Source: Verrucomicrobiales bacterium
GTDB lineage: Bacteria > Verrucomicrobiota > Verrucomicrobiia > Verrucomicrobiales > V1-33
Assembly: GCA_031411295.1 (NCBI GenBank)
Contig: JANOAV010000010.1
Coordinates: 1 to 64,000 of the forward strand
Direction: 5' to 3'
DNA length: 64,000 bases
Shown: piece by piece, positions 49,459-60,376 of the stretch
Numbering within the stretch: the first letter of the stretch is position 1
Layout: the number at the start of each line of letters is the position of its first letter
Program-made: the position numbers and the translations under genes
The notes under the pieces: generated by a model
What the model saw: the letters and a program-made list of their open reading frames with translations, nothing else
Told to the model about the DNA's origin: nothing
Databases searched by the model: none

Positions 49459-50382
49459 ATGAACACGATTCGCCCGCTCATTCTTACCCTGGCCACCCTT
49501 TGCTTTACCAACCTCCTGACTGCGCAAGACGCGGCGGTTCCTGGCAAAACCAAACTTAAGCTGGACGAGGCCCCAGAGGGTAAAGCCGACCCCACTCTGA
49601 AACTGGATCCCACCGGAAAACTGCCCGCCGCCAATAAGGAGGACGCCCTGGCACCACTCGAAATGGAAGCCCAAGCCAAGCCAGCGGAACTCCCCGCCGC
49701 CTTGAAAAAGCTGGCTCCAGACCAACTCCAGAAATATTCCAACATCCGCGAGGAAGCCACCAACTTCATGAAGTCGGTGCGCTTGCAGGAATCACTGGAG
49801 AAACTGGTCGAGGCCGAACGCATCGTGGGCGAGCCAGTGGCCGAGATTGAGAATCTCCGTGGTGCCATCTACACCAAAATGCGCGATTTCACCAACGCCC
49901 GGGTGCATTTCCAGAAGTCCGTTAGTTTGGATAAGAATAGTTTTCACCCACAATTCAATCTGGCGGAGCTGGATTTCGTAGAAAAGAAATTCCCCTCCGC
50001 CATTGCCTCCTTCACTTCCCTGATCGCAGAAAACGAAACGCTCAAGAAGGAAGCCATGGCCGGGATGAAGGAGGAATTCCGCGCGACCCTGGCGCGCCAA
50101 TTCGATACCACGAAAAGGCTCATCGAATTCAAGATCTTTATCTGCCAAACCTTGGAGAAAAATTCGGCCGAAGCGGACAAATTAATCAAGGGTTTCAACT
50201 CCTACGATAACGACAGCCCGGCTTATTATTTCGCCAAGGCCGTGCAATCATTCGTCAAGGAACAAAAAGAAACCGCCGAGGAGTGGCTTGCTTCTGCCAA
50301 GAACATTTACCCGGCCGCGCTCACCGAAGTTTACCAAGACTCCATGGTCGAAATGGGTTGGATGACTACCTTGGCGCAATAG
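49459..50382 (+). CDS. Exported TPR-repeat protein
   Basis: Signal peptide; NLRGAIY…A..HF and FNLAEL…A TPR-like helices. Confidence 0.8.
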   Translation: MNTIRPLILTLATLCFTNLLTAQDAAVPGKTKLKLDEAPEGKADPTLKLDPTGKLPAANKEDALAPLEMEAQAKPAELPAALKKLAPDQLQKYSNIREEATNFMKSVRLQESLEKLVEAERIVGEPVAEIENLRGAIYTKMRDFTNARVHFQKSVSLDKNSFHPQFNLAELDFVEKKFPSAIASFTSLIAENETLKKEAMAGMKEEFRATLARQFDTTKRLIEFKIFICQTLEKNSAEADKLIKGFNSYDNDSPAYYFAKAVQSFVKEQKETAEEWLASAKNIYPAALTEVYQDSMVEMGWMTTLAQ

Positions 50383-50412
50383 CGCAAGGTCCTTTCCATA
50401 GAGTGCGTTCCG

Positions 50413-50437
50413 CAAGAAAATTCGCAGAATTTTCTTG
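50413..50437. promoter_or_regulatory. Perfect AT-rich 11-bp inverted repeat (operator-like)
   Basis: CAAGAAAATTC-GCA-GAATTTTCTTG upstream of the DUF350 operon. Confidence 0.55.
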
Positions 50438-50513
50438 TAGGCTGAAGGGTATTTTACTTTAGTGTGCCCTGTTGTCAGACTTGAACTAATTATCCCACCT
50501 ACCGATACTTCTC

Positions 50514-50786
50514 ATGGAAACCATCAACGCTCCGCAACTCATTGTCTCCGGTTCCTCCGGCAGCAGCTTCTGGCATCACTTGGCAACCGAAGCCTTGCCG
50601 GCAACGCTGATTTACTCGCTGGCGGGCATCCTCTTGGCGTTGTTCGCTTTCCGCCTGCTGGACTGGCTCACGCCGGGCGACCTGAACAAGAAAATCTTCG
50701 AGGAGGGCAACATTGCCGCCGCCATCTTGGGGGCGGCTCTGGTCCTTGGGATCTGCGCCATCATTGTAGCCTCCATTGCGGGATGA
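50514..50786 (+). CDS. DUF350 family membrane protein
   Basis: Two TM segments with D.LTP.DL..I.E.GNIAAAI. Confidence 0.88.
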   Translation: METINAPQLIVSGSSGSSFWHHLATEALPATLIYSLAGILLALFAFRLLDWLTPGDLNKKIFEEGNIAAAILGAALVLGICAIIVASIAG

Positions 50787-51226
50787 ACGACGTTTACAGT
50801 CATTCCGCGCAGGGCACCCAAGCGCAGGTCGCCTCCAAGAAGCGACGCAGCGCTTGGATCACCATTGGGGTGGTGGCTGCCGTGGTGATCGGCGTGCCGG
50901 TGATCCTTAGCCAATGTGGTGAAGATGAGGATCCTGTCGTGGATGGGCAGGAGTATGAAAATAACTATTATGTTCCCGGAGCCGGTTACTATCACGTGGG
51001 TTACCATAGTTTTTATCCCTATCGGTTCAACCACTACGATGCTTCCTTGGGAGGGTATTACTATGGTGGCGGTTGGCATGGCAGCGCAGATACCGCCAGT
51101 CGTTTAACCTCCTCCGTGCCCCATCCCAGCGCCACCGCCAAGGCTAACAGTAGTTTCCGCGCCACCAGCCCCTCTTCACGCGGTGGATTCGGCAAGAGCG
51201 GCAGTTTCTTTTCCTCAGGCTCATGA
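50783..51226 (+). CDS. YgiB/DUF1190-like single-TM protein with Tyr/Gly-rich core and RGGFG tail
   Basis: ATGA-coupled on both sides; TM segment; C-terminal SSRGGFGKSGSFFSSGS. Confidence 0.7.
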   Translation: MNDVYSHSAQGTQAQVASKKRRSAWITIGVVAAVVIGVPVILSQCGEDEDPVVDGQEYENNYYVPGAGYYHVGYHSFYPYRFNHYDASLGGYYYGGGWHGSADTASRLTSSVPHPSATAKANSSFRATSPSSRGGFGKSGSFFSSGS

Positions 51227-52356
51227 CCCGACATCGCCTGTCCCCTCGTCCCGATTGGGAGGAAAAAGTCCGCTCACTGGGCCTAGCCTGGCATCATGAT
51301 GCCGCCGATACGCCCTACTGGGACGAAAGCACTGCCTATGAACTCAGTCTGGATGAGATCAGCCGACTGGAAGAAACCGCTGCAGATCTTCATCAACTCT
51401 ACATCGAAGCCACCGATCACATCATTGCCAAAAACCGCTGGGATGACCTAGCCATTCCGCCTGCGCATGTGCCCTACCTTCGGGATTCGTGGGAGAGCGA
51501 AGAATTCACCCTCTACGGGCGCTTTGACATGGTGCTCAATTATTGGGGACAGCCAGTATTGCTGGAGTATAACGCTGACACCCCCACCGCCCTGCTTGAG
51601 GCCGCTGTGGTCCAGTGGCAATGGCTCCAGGACGTGAAACCCAAGGACGATCAATGGAATATGCTCCATGAAAATCTCGTCAAAGCCTGGCGGCAACTGG
51701 CCCCCGCCCACATTCATCTCGCCTCTGTGGGGGACGGTTGGGAAGATGAAATAACCGTGGCCTACCTGGAGGAAACCGCCCGCCAAGCAGGCCTGGAAAC
51801 CACCCGCCTAGCCATGGCTGGCATCGGCTGGAATGAAAGCCAGGGTTGCTTCATTGATGAAAGTGACGATCCCATCACAACCTTATTTAAGCTCTATCCC
51901 TGGGAGTGGATGCTGCGTGAAGAATTCAGCCAGAATCTCGCGCGGAGTGGATGTCGTTTCCTGGAGGCCCCATGGAAACTGCTCTGGAGTAACAAAGCCA
52001 TGTTGGCCATCCTTTGGGAACTTTTCCCCTCCCACCCTGCGCTGCTGCCCTGCTACAAAGAGCAGGCATTGCTGGGAGAAACCTTCGTCCGCAAACCCTA
52101 TTTCAGTCGGGAGGGTGCCAACGTGTCCATCGTGGAACAGGGAAAGATCGTGGCCGAACAACAGGGCCCCTACGGAGCCGAGGGCTGGATCTACCAAGCC
52201 ATAGCCGAAAATCGTGCGCAAGACGGTCACTGGCCAGTGCTGGGAGTCTGGATGGTGGATGGGGAGCCTTCGGGCTTGGGCATCCGTGAGGATCAAAAAC
52301 GGATCACCGCCAACACCTCTCGTTTCGTGCCGCACTTCATTCCCAACTCGGTTTAA
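51223..52356 (+). CDS. Glutathionylspermidine-synthase-family ATP-grasp ligase (YgiC/YjfC type)
   Basis: YWDES.AY, LYGRFD, LEYNADTPT.L.E, FKLYPWEW, SNKA.L, KP..REGANV and G.GIRED. No amidase domain. Confidence 0.93.
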   Translation: MTRHRLSPRPDWEEKVRSLGLAWHHDAADTPYWDESTAYELSLDEISRLEETAADLHQLYIEATDHIIAKNRWDDLAIPPAHVPYLRDSWESEEFTLYGRFDMVLNYWGQPVLLEYNADTPTALLEAAVVQWQWLQDVKPKDDQWNMLHENLVKAWRQLAPAHIHLASVGDGWEDEITVAYLEETARQAGLETTRLAMAGIGWNESQGCFIDESDDPITTLFKLYPWEWMLREEFSQNLARSGCRFLEAPWKLLWSNKAMLAILWELFPSHPALLPCYKEQALLGETFVRKPYFSREGANVSIVEQGKIVAEQQGPYGAEGWIYQAIAENRAQDGHWPVLGVWMVDGEPSGLGIREDQKRITANTSRFVPHFIPNSV

Positions 52357-52364
52357 AGCGCTCA

Positions 52365-53315
52365 CTAGCCTGAGCGATACCGCTGGCCCACCCAAAGGTC
52401 ACCGCCCAAGCCCCCGCTCGCATAAGCCTGGGGACGCACACTACGCCGGATCTCCACCAGCGCCTGAAGCACCTCCATGACAAATTTAGCGGAGCCCAAG
52501 ACCGCTCCCTTCACCAAAGCCGCCTGCCGACTCCGCAGGACCGAACCCAACGTCACAGGCTCAGACCCAGGGCCAGACTCGGGAGATTCGGACGGGCTTA
52601 ATTTTCCGCCGCATAGGCCGGCATACCAAGATTTAACGCCCGACCATCCCGGAAGTGCACTCAACTCCATGATCCCGTGCTGACTTTCCACCTTGCCCAA
52701 GTTAGCGCTGCCATAACCCGAGTAAGGATAATCCTCCGGTTCCGCCACCACGCCAGCACGCACCGGGTTCAAATCAATATACGCCGCCACGATCTGGAGC
52801 GGATTGCGCTCCCCCTCGCGAGATTCCACGAGCACGCTCTTAAATCGTTCCGTCCACAAAGTGCCCCGGGTTCCATGATTTCGGTTATGGCCCATAGTAA
52901 AGCGCTGTTTGAGCAATTGCATAAACACCGAAAGATCGTGCATCCTCCCGAGATGCATCGCCAACTCTCCCTCCCAGAGCCGGTCCAATTCCGGAGATCC
53001 CCGCCCCTCCCATAGCTCCCGAACCAAGTCCCCAGCTTCCGTGCCATACAGCAACGCAACCCGATTCCCCAACTGAACCCCATTCAATGCAGCATCCGCC
53101 ACCGCCTTATGGGGCACGCGGATCAGCAGGTGGAAATGATTACTCATCACGCAGAAAGTCAGCACCGTCACCCCACAGTATGCCGCCACCCGATGCAGCA
53201 GTTCGCACAAACTAACCTTCTCCTCCGCCCCCAGCCAAAGCTGGCCCTGGGTGATTCGACACACGACATGATAACAAGCAGATTGATGAAGAAGCTTCAG
53301 ACGACAGCGGCGCAT
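52365..53315 (-). mobile_element. Y1 (HUH) tyrosine transposase, RAYT/TnpA-REP-like
   Basis: YHV..R, CVMSNHFHLL (HUH), LW.ERFKS and YIDLNPVRAG…Y.YS motifs. Confidence 0.85.
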
Positions 53316-53527
53316 AAATTCGGTTCTATTAGATTTACGGCCTCAAGCTAACCAAAATGTCCGCTCCGTCAATTAAAAAATACACTGTCCCTTATTTATT
53401 TGCTGGGATGCTGGGAGCAATTTCTTTGCTTTTGCATGGGGTATTTCTGTCTCCATCCCGCCCTTTACATCTCTGCGGGCTTGCGCCATATCGATTGCGC
53501 ACCTCCCCCTGCACCCAAGATTTTCCC

Positions 53528-56500
53528 ATGCCCAAAGATCCTTCCATCAAAAAAATTCTCGTTATTGGCTCCGGCCCGATCGTTATCGGCCAGGGCTGTG
53601 AGTTCGATTATTCCGGTGTTCAAGCCTGCAAAGCCCTTCAGGAAGAAGGTTACATCGTCGTGCTCGTGAATTCCAATCCGGCCACGATCATGACGGACCC
53701 GGAATTTGCGAATCGCACCTACATCGAGCCGATTACGCCCGAAGTGGTGGAGAAAATCATTGAGGTCGAGAAGCCGGACGCGTTGCTGCCCACGCTGGGC
53801 GGCCAGACGGCTTTGAATTGCAGCATGACGCTGTTTCGCACTGGGGTGCTGGAGAAGCATGGCGTGAAGATGATCGGAGCCAATGCGGATGCGATTGAGA
53901 AGGGCGAGGACCGATTGTTGTTCAAGAACGCAATGCTCAAGATTGGGCTGGATTTACCGCACTCTGGCGTGGCTCACACGATGGAAGAGGCACGGAAAAT
54001 TGCTGAGGAAATCGGCCGTTTCCCATTGATCATTCGTCCGGCTTACACGCTGGGTGGCACAGGCGGCGGCATTGCTTATAACAAGGAAGAATTCGAAACC
54101 ATTGTGACTTACGGGTTGGACATGAGCCCGGTCACGGAAGTGCTGGTGGAGGAATCCCTGTTGGGTTGGAAGGAATTTGAAATGGAGGTCATGCGCGACC
54201 GGAACGACAACTGCGTCGTCATTTGTTCCATTGAAAATCTCGATCCCATGGGCGTCCATACGGGCGATTCCATCACGGTGGCTCCCATCCAGACGCTGAC
54301 GGATCGCGAGTATCAGATCATGCGGGACTATTCGTTTGCTTGTATCCGGGAAATCGGGGTGGAAACGGGCGGCTCTAACATCCAGTTCGCCATGGACCCG
54401 GAGACGGGCCGGATGATTGTCATTGAAATGAATCCGCGGGTGAGTCGGAGTTCCGCGCTGGCTTCCAAGGCCACCGGATTCCCCATCGCGAAGATCGCTG
54501 CCAAGCTGGCTGTAGGTTACACGCTGGATGAACTGAAGAACGACATCACTCGTGAAACACCCGCCAGTTTCGAGCCTACCATCGATTACTGCGTGGTGAA
54601 AATTCCCCGTTTCACTTTCGAAAAATTCCCCGCTGCTGATCCTACGTTGACGACCCAAATGAAGTCCGTAGGCGAGGCCATGGCCATCGGACGCACATTT
54701 AAAGAAGCCCTGCAAAAAGCCCTGCGCTCGCTGGAAACCGGTCGTGCGGGTCTGGGAGCGGACGGCAAGGATCCCGTGAATCCCAGCAAGGAAGAAATCA
54801 CCCGCATGTTGAGCGTGCCCAACGCCGAACGCATCTTCTGGCTAGCCGTCGCCCTGCGCGAAGGTTACTCCGTCGAGGAAATTTTCGACATGTCGAAGAT
54901 CGATCCATGGTTCCTGAGGAATATTGAGGAGATTGTGTTGCTGGAGAAACTCATCCCAACACAGACCAGTGAGGCCCTGATTGCCGCAATTCCTGAAAAG
55001 GACCGCAACGAGGAAACGAAGGCACTGGCTCTTCGCACCGCCATGCTGAAGTGGAAGCGTGCAGGCTTCTCCGACAAGCAACTCGCGTTTCTCTTTGGTA
55101 TTCCAGAAGATCACATTCGCGCAGGCCGCAAGAAATATGGCATCATCCCCACCTACCGCCTCGTGGACACTTGCGCGGCGGAGTTTGAGGCCTTCACGCC
55201 TTACTATTATTCCACCTACGGCTTAGAGAACGAAACGCGTCCTAGCACGAAACGCAAAGTCATGATTCTCGGTGGCGGCCCTAACCGGATCGGTCAGGGC
55301 ATTGAGTTCGATTACTGTTGCGTGCACGCGGCCTTTGCGCTGCGGGAAATGGGCTTTGAGACTATCATGGTCAACTCCAATCCCGAGACCGTTTCCACCG
55401 ATTACGATACTTCCGACCGACTCTATTTCGAGCCGCTCACATTCGAGGACGTGATGAACATTTACGAAAACGAACAGTGCTGGGGCATCATCGTTCAGCT
55501 GGGCGGACAGACTCCGCTGAATTTGGCGGCACGCCTGGAAGACGCTGGTTGCAACGTCATTGGCACCTCGCCCAAGAACATCGAGCTGGCGGAAGACCGC
55601 AAATTCTTCGCCAAATTGCTCGATGATCTGAAACTGAATCAAGCCCCGAGCGGCACCGCCGTTAATGAAGACGAAGCCGTGGCCATTGCGGATCGCATCA
55701 AATACCCCGTGCTCGTCCGACCCAGCTTCGTGTTAGGCGGTCGCGCCATGATGATCGTTTATAGCGACGACGAACTCCGCCACTACATGCGGAATGCCGT
55801 CAAGGCTTCGCCTGAACGTCCCGTGTTAGTGGATCGATTCCTCGAAGACGCGGCGGAAGTGGATGTGGATGTTATTTCCGATGGCGAAACGACCGTGGTC
55901 GGAGCCATCATGGAGCACATCGAACAAGCCGGCGTGCACAGTGGCGACAGCGCTTGCGTGATCCCTGCGTTCGGCCTCAGCGAGCCTGTGAAGAAGGAAA
56001 TCATGCGAGCCGCCAAGGAACTCGCCAAGGCGCTCAACGTCATCGGCCTCATGAATATCCAATTTGCCGTGAAGGATGAAGTCCTCTACGTCATCGAAGT
56101 GAACCCACGCGCCAGCCGCACCGTGCCATTTGTCAGCAAAGCGATCGGTCGCCCCATGGCGAAATTTGCCGCCAAGATCATGGCCAGCGACGGTCTGAAG
56201 CGCGCCGGCATCACGGACATGGACATCATTTCCCTGAAGACCCTGGGCTTCACCACCGAGATCATCCCCACGCATTACAACGTGAAGGAAGCCGTCTTCC
56301 CGTTCGCGAAATTCCCCGGCATCGACATCACCCTCGGGCCGGAAATGCGCAGCACGGGCGAAGTTATGGGCATCGATGCGGACCACGCCATGGCCTACGC
56401 CAAGAGCCAGATTGCCGCTGGAAACAGCCTCCCACTGGGCGGAAACATGTTCATCAGCGTGCGCGATCGGCATAAGGACCGCATCGCAGAACTGGCCAAG

Positions 56501-56833
56501 GACTTTGCCGATCTGGGCTTCAAACTCTACGCCACTAACGGCACGCATAAAGTCATCACCGCCGCCGGAGTCGCCTGCCAGCAACTGCACAAACTCCAAG
56601 AAGGTCGTCGCCCGAACGTGTTGGACATGATCAAGAACGGAGAAATCTCCCTGATCTTGAACACGCCGGACGAACGCCAGCCCGGCAAAGACGAAGTCCG
56701 CATCCGCAGTGCCGCCGTCTCCGCCCGCGTCCCCATCATCACCACCCTCCGCGGAGCCCGCGCCAGCGCCAACGCCGTCAAGAGCTTGCAGAATAATCAA
56801 CTCCGCGTGAAGCCACTCCAGGAGTATCATTGA
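53528..56833 (+). CDS. carB: Carbamoyl-phosphate synthase large subunit
   Basis: [17 protein letters not shown], two ATP-grasp modules, [13 protein letters not shown] and an MGS domain. Start at ATG 53528 (MPKD). Confidence 0.98.
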   Translation: MPKDPSIKKILVIGSGPIVIGQGCEFDYSGVQACKALQEEGYIVVLVNSNPATIMTDPEFANRTYIEPITPEVVEKIIEVEKPDALLPTLGGQTALNCSMTLFRTGVLEKHGVKMIGANADAIEKGEDRLLFKNAMLKIGLDLPHSGVAHTMEEARKIAEEIGRFPLIIRPAYTLGGTGGGIAYNKEEFETIVTYGLDMSPVTEVLVEESLLGWKEFEMEVMRDRNDNCVVICSIENLDPMGVHTGDSITVAPIQTLTDREYQIMRDYSFACIREIGVETGGSNIQFAMDPETGRMIVIEMNPRVSRSSALASKATGFPIAKIAAKLAVGYTLDELKNDITRETPASFEPTIDYCVVKIPRFTFEKFPAADPTLTTQMKSVGEAMAIGRTFKEALQKALRSLETGRAGLGADGKDPVNPSKEEITRMLSVPNAERIFWLAVALREGYSVEEIFDMSKIDPWFLRNIEEIVLLEKLIPTQTSEALIAAIPEKDRNEETKALALRTAMLKWKRAGFSDKQLAFLFGIPEDHIRAGRKKYGIIPTYRLVDTCAAEFEAFTPYYYSTYGLENETRPSTKRKVMILGGGPNRIGQGIEFDYCCVHAAFALREMGFETIMVNSNPETVSTDYDTSDRLYFEPLTFEDVMNIYENEQCWGIIVQLGGQTPLNLAARLEDAGCNVIGTSPKNIELAEDRKFFAKLLDDLKLNQAPSGTAVNEDEAVAIADRIKYPVLVRPSFVLGGRAMMIVYSDDELRHYMRNAVKASPERPVLVDRFLEDAAEVDVDVISDGETTVVGAIMEHIEQAGVHSGDSACVIPAFGLSEPVKKEIMRAAKELAKALNVIGLMNIQFAVKDEVLYVIEVNPRASRTVPFVSKAIGRPMAKFAAKIMASDGLKRAGITDMDIISLKTLGFTTEIIPTHYNVKEAVFPFAKFPGIDITLGPEMRSTGEVMGIDADHAMAYAKSQIAAGNSLPLGGNMFISVRDRHKDRIAELAKDFADLGFKLYATNGTHKVITAAGVACQQLHKLQEGRRPNVLDMIKNGEISLILNTPDERQPGKDEVRIRSAAVSARVPIITTLRGARASANAVKSLQNNQLRVKPLQEYH

Positions 56834-56841
56834 GCAAGGAG

Positions 56842-56860
56842 GGGGAGCGTCTCGCTCCCC
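56842..56860. repeat. GC-rich hairpin (REP-like or terminator-like)
   Basis: GGGGAGCG-TCT-CGCTCCCC just after the carB stop. No U-tract. Confidence 0.5.
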
Positions 56861-56884
56861 AGTTAAGAAAGGAACCACCACCCT

Positions 56885-57493
56885 ATGCCAGCGAAAAAGA
56901 CCATTAATAAAAAAGCTACCTCTAAGAAAGCCGCTTCATCCAAACTCCCCAGCGCAGCCATCAAGGTTAGGGTGACACTGCTTTACACCAAGCCTCCGAT
57001 CTGGCGGGAATTCTTGGTAAGCCCTGCCATGAAATTGAGTCATTTTTGTGGCCTGCTCCAAGCTGGCATGGGTTGGGAGGGAGGGCACCTAGATGAATTA
57101 GTCAAAGGGCGGGAGCGCTATGCCGCACCAAGCCCATTTGGAGAGGACGAGTTTGATGAAGACACCAAGCAAGCCTCCAAGTTTAAGGTAAGCGACGTGC
57201 TTTCAAAGAAGGGGTCAAAATGCCATTACTTGTATGACTTTGGAGACTCTTGGGAGCATGAGATAACGGTGATAGAGACGGGCCTCACCCACGCTGGCAA
57301 ACTGCCCGTCTGTGTCGCTGGGGCGCGGGCCTGCCCGCCAGAGGACTGTGGTGGCAACCCTGGGTATGAAGACCTTTGCGAAGCGATGAAAAACAAGAAG
57401 CATCCCGAGCGGGAAAGCCTCATCGAGTGGTTGGGTGAAGTTTACGATCCTGAGGCCTTCGATCTTGCTGAAGTAAATCAGCGGTTGTGCTAA
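56885..57493 (+). CDS. Plasmid pRiA4b ORF-3 family protein
   Basis: PPIWR..V, GW...HL, YLYDFGDSWEH, RACPPEDCGG..GY and DPEAFD. Confidence 0.92.
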   Translation: MPAKKTINKKATSKKAASSKLPSAAIKVRVTLLYTKPPIWREFLVSPAMKLSHFCGLLQAGMGWEGGHLDELVKGRERYAAPSPFGEDEFDEDTKQASKFKVSDVLSKKGSKCHYLYDFGDSWEHEITVIETGLTHAGKLPVCVAGARACPPEDCGGNPGYEDLCEAMKNKKHPERESLIEWLGEVYDPEAFDLAEVNQRLC

Positions 57494-57587
57494 AGCAGTT
57501 GATCTCGACCACTATCGTATGCGATCTCTAGCAAGAGAGCGCAGATGCTCCCCAGACGTTAACCCCCGAGGCCTTGATCCGCCGAGC

Positions 57588-57605
57588 TTGTGAAATTTTT
57601 CACAA
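57588..57605. promoter_or_regulatory. Rex-type operator TTGTGAA-N4-TTCACAA
   Basis: TTGTGAAATTTTTCACAA is an exact consensus match, 58 nt upstream of nuoD and just upstream of TTGCCG-N16-TACTCT. Confidence 0.75.
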
Positions 57606-57663
57606 ATTCACCTTGCCGCGCTTCCGGGCGCTTTTACTCTAAAAAAATTCCATTTCCCAGCCC

Positions 57664-58923
57664 ATGAGCACAATAGTTAGAGAGATCGACGCCCCGGATG
57701 TTGCCGCGCGTGCTGCCCAGCACGTGCAGGACCACCATGATTCCGCCCCCGATCTGATGGGTGAGAAGCTGATTCTAAACATGGGTCCAAGTCACCCGGC
57801 CACGCATGGCGTGTTGCGTTTGGTGCTGGAATTGGACGGTGAGATCATCACCAAGGCCATTCCGGATGTGGGTTACTTGCATCGGGGCGACGAGAAGATT
57901 GCGGAGAACATGCATTATAACCAATTCGTGCCCTACACGGACCGATTGGATTATCTGGCTCCGTTGGCGAACAACGTGGCGTATGCCATGGCAGTGGAAA
58001 AGCTGCTGGGTTGGGAACTGCCGCCCCGGGGGCAGGCCATCCGCGTGCTGTGTTGCGAGTTAGCGCGGATTTCTGCTCACTTGTTGGGCGTGGGGGTGTT
58101 CGCCATGGATGTGGGCGCGATGACGGTGTTCCTCTACACGTTTGCTGAGCGCGAAAAAATTTACAATCTAAGCGAGCACCTGACTGGCGCGCGTTTCACG
58201 ACGAGCTACACCCGCGTGGGTGGGATGACGCGGGATTTGCCACCGGGATTTGTGGAGCGGGTGCGGAAGTTTATCGACGGGTTCCTGCCGATCGTGGATG
58301 AGACCGATGCATTGCTGACGCGGAACCAAATTTTCATCGACCGCACGCGCGATGTCGGCGTGATTACGAAGGACCGGGCGGTTGCCTATGGCATTACCGG
58401 CCCGAATCTCCGGGCCTCCGGGGTGGATTACGATTTGCGCAAAGCGCACCCTTACTTGGGTTACGAGAAATATGAGTTCGACATCCCAATTGGTGAGGTG
58501 GGAGACTGCTATGATCGCTATCTGGTGCGGATGGAGGAAATGCGTCAGAGCGTGCGGATCATCAACCAAGTGCTGGATACGTTGCCGGACGGGCCCATCA
58601 ATTACGAGGATCCCAAGAACCGTCTCCCGGAGAAGGAGCGCGTCATGATGAGCATGGAGGAATTGATCCACCACTTCATTATTGCCACCCAAGGCGTCGA
58701 TGTGCCGCCGGGGGAAATTTACTTCGGTCACGAGAACCCCAAGGGGGAGCTAGGATTTTACATTCACAGCAAGGGAGGCGGGGTGCCGCATCGGTTGAAG
58801 ATCCGCAGCCCCAGCTTCGTGAATTTGAGTATTGTGCCAGAGATTCTTCCCGGCCACATGATTTCCGATGTGCCCGCAATTCTGGGTAGCTTGGATTTCG
58901 TGATGGGCGAATGTGATCGGTGA
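57664..58923 (+). CDS. nuoD: NADH-quinone oxidoreductase subunit D
   Basis: NMGPSHPATHGVLRL, GYLHRG.EK, DRLDY, ENPKGELG and SLDFVMGECDR. Confidence 0.97.
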   Translation: MSTIVREIDAPDVAARAAQHVQDHHDSAPDLMGEKLILNMGPSHPATHGVLRLVLELDGEIITKAIPDVGYLHRGDEKIAENMHYNQFVPYTDRLDYLAPLANNVAYAMAVEKLLGWELPPRGQAIRVLCCELARISAHLLGVGVFAMDVGAMTVFLYTFAEREKIYNLSEHLTGARFTTSYTRVGGMTRDLPPGFVERVRKFIDGFLPIVDETDALLTRNQIFIDRTRDVGVITKDRAVAYGITGPNLRASGVDYDLRKAHPYLGYEKYEFDIPIGEVGDCYDRYLVRMEEMRQSVRIINQVLDTLPDGPINYEDPKNRLPEKERVMMSMEELIHHFIIATQGVDVPPGEIYFGHENPKGELGFYIHSKGGGVPHRLKIRSPSFVNLSIVPEILPGHMISDVPAILGSLDFVMGECDR

Positions 58924-59037
58924 GGTCGCACCCCGGGACGCTCCTCCGCGAAATACCGCTTTGCTAAATCGGGAAGTGGGTAATATGGGCGGCGGATTCG
59001 TGATTACGGGTTCGGGGGTAAAAGTTGTGTCCGTTTT

Positions 59038-59064
59038 GAACTTTCGAACATTTGCGGTGTCTTA
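59038..59064 (+). promoter_or_regulatory. Putative RpoE-like ECF promoter GAACTT-N16-TCTTA
   Basis: Match to the sigmaE-type consensus geometry 64 nt upstream of the secretion cluster. Single instance only. Confidence 0.4.
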
Positions 59065-59128
59065 CCCTGTCCGCACTCCTTATCATCCACCTCAATCTTG
59101 AATCCGAACTCTTGAAGCTTCCTTCCGC

Positions 59129-60376
59129 ATGTCCAACGTAACCCCCACCACCAGCATCTGCATTCCAGGCGAAGACGCTTGGGAACTCTGGAAACAGAGT
59201 CCCACGGGAATGCACCTGGCTCAGAGCATGCGTCTTGAGAACGGGGGGAGTCCGGCGGCGTTCAAAGCGGTCGATTGTTTCGGTTATCCCATCATTTCCG
59301 CTTTTGCGGTCCCGGTCTGGGCCGCTAGTAGCGATCCTGAGATCATTGATGGCGTGGTCAGTCTGCAATTGGAGAAAATGAGCCTGATGCCGGACAATCC
59401 GGTGGGGCAATTGCTGGATACCCGGATCATTGAGCGTGGGGAGAATCGCACTCTGGCTACGGCTACGGTGCTGGACGAAAAGATCACGCCAGACTTGCCG
59501 CAGCTTCCGCCAGGTTCCTTCGAGGTCACACCAGCCCTATTTTATCTGCCGGACAATTCCATTATTCTCTGGAAGGAACTGGGCCGACTCGTGTTCTGTT
59601 TAACGCGGGGCGAGCACCCGGTTTACTTCCATGCGCTGACAGACTCCGAGCTGAGCCCGGCGGCGGTGGCGGAAATTTCCAGTTTGCTGATGCCGCTCTA
59701 CATGCAGGAAATCGTGCCCGAACTGGATGGGATCGTGCTCTGGACGGATGCGATCGTGCCTGGATCCGACCGGGAGCTGTCCAATGAACTGCATCTGCCA
59801 CTGAAGCGCCAGCCGAAGCCGGCCCCGGTGCTGCCGAAGACCCCGTCCAGTTTTGAGCCAGTGGCCATTGCGCTGGGGAAAATTCGCGCTGCGAAACTCC
59901 GTCGCCTCCGTCGCATCGTTTCCACGTGCGCGGCGGTATATTTGGCGATCATTGCGGCCATGGTCGGCTGGCATTTGTGGAACGTCAGCGAGGCGGAAGA
60001 GATTAGCAAAAAAGTGGTCAGCCTGCGCGGCCAAGTCGGTTTCGTGGAGCCCACGGTGGCACAGTGGGAAGCGACGGAACCCCTGCGGGACCGGGATCGT
60101 TTCCCCATCGAACTCGTGCGGCGTTATCTGGAGCCACTGGCCGCCCGTCAGTTCGGCGGAGTCAAAGCCACCAGCGTTCGCGTGGAGGGGAATTCCGTTG
60201 AAATAAAGGGCGAATGTCAGGCCCAAAACGTAGGCATCAACTTCACCAACTGGCTGCGCACCAACGCCGATACCAAAGGAAATGATTGGACCGGACCCAC
60301 TTGGGGGCCGGCCCGCAATGGCATCTTCACATTCACTATCAACGGCAAACGGAAGGAAGCGGAAAATGACACTTAA
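59129..60376 (+). CDS. GspL/PilMN-like inner-membrane platform protein
   Basis: Cytoplasmic domain, TM segment, coiled coil and a PilN-like C-terminal domain (V.I.G…F.F.I), upstream of the secretin. Confidence 0.65.
   Translation: MSNVTPTTSICIPGEDAWELWKQSPTGMHLAQSMRLENGGSPAAFKAVDCFGYPIISAFAVPVWAASSDPEIIDGVVSLQLEKMSLMPDNPVGQLLDTRIIERGENRTLATATVLDEKITPDLPQLPPGSFEVTPALFYLPDNSIILWKELGRLVFCLTRGEHPVYFHALTDSELSPAAVAEISSLLMPLYMQEIVPELDGIVLWTDAIVPGSDRELSNELHLPLKRQPKPAPVLPKTPSSFEPVAIALGKIRAAKLRRLRRIVSTCAAVYLAIIAAMVGWHLWNVSEAEEISKKVVSLRGQVGFVEPTVAQWEATEPLRDRDRFPIELVRRYLEPLAARQFGGVKATSVRVEGNSVEIKGECQAQNVGINFTNWLRTNADTKGNDWTGPTWGPARNGIFTFTINGKRKEAENDT

Noticed and set aside
50462..50782. N-terminal extension of the 254-aa ORF
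   Set aside because: It overlaps the DUF350 gene in another frame. The coupled ATG at 50783 is the better start.
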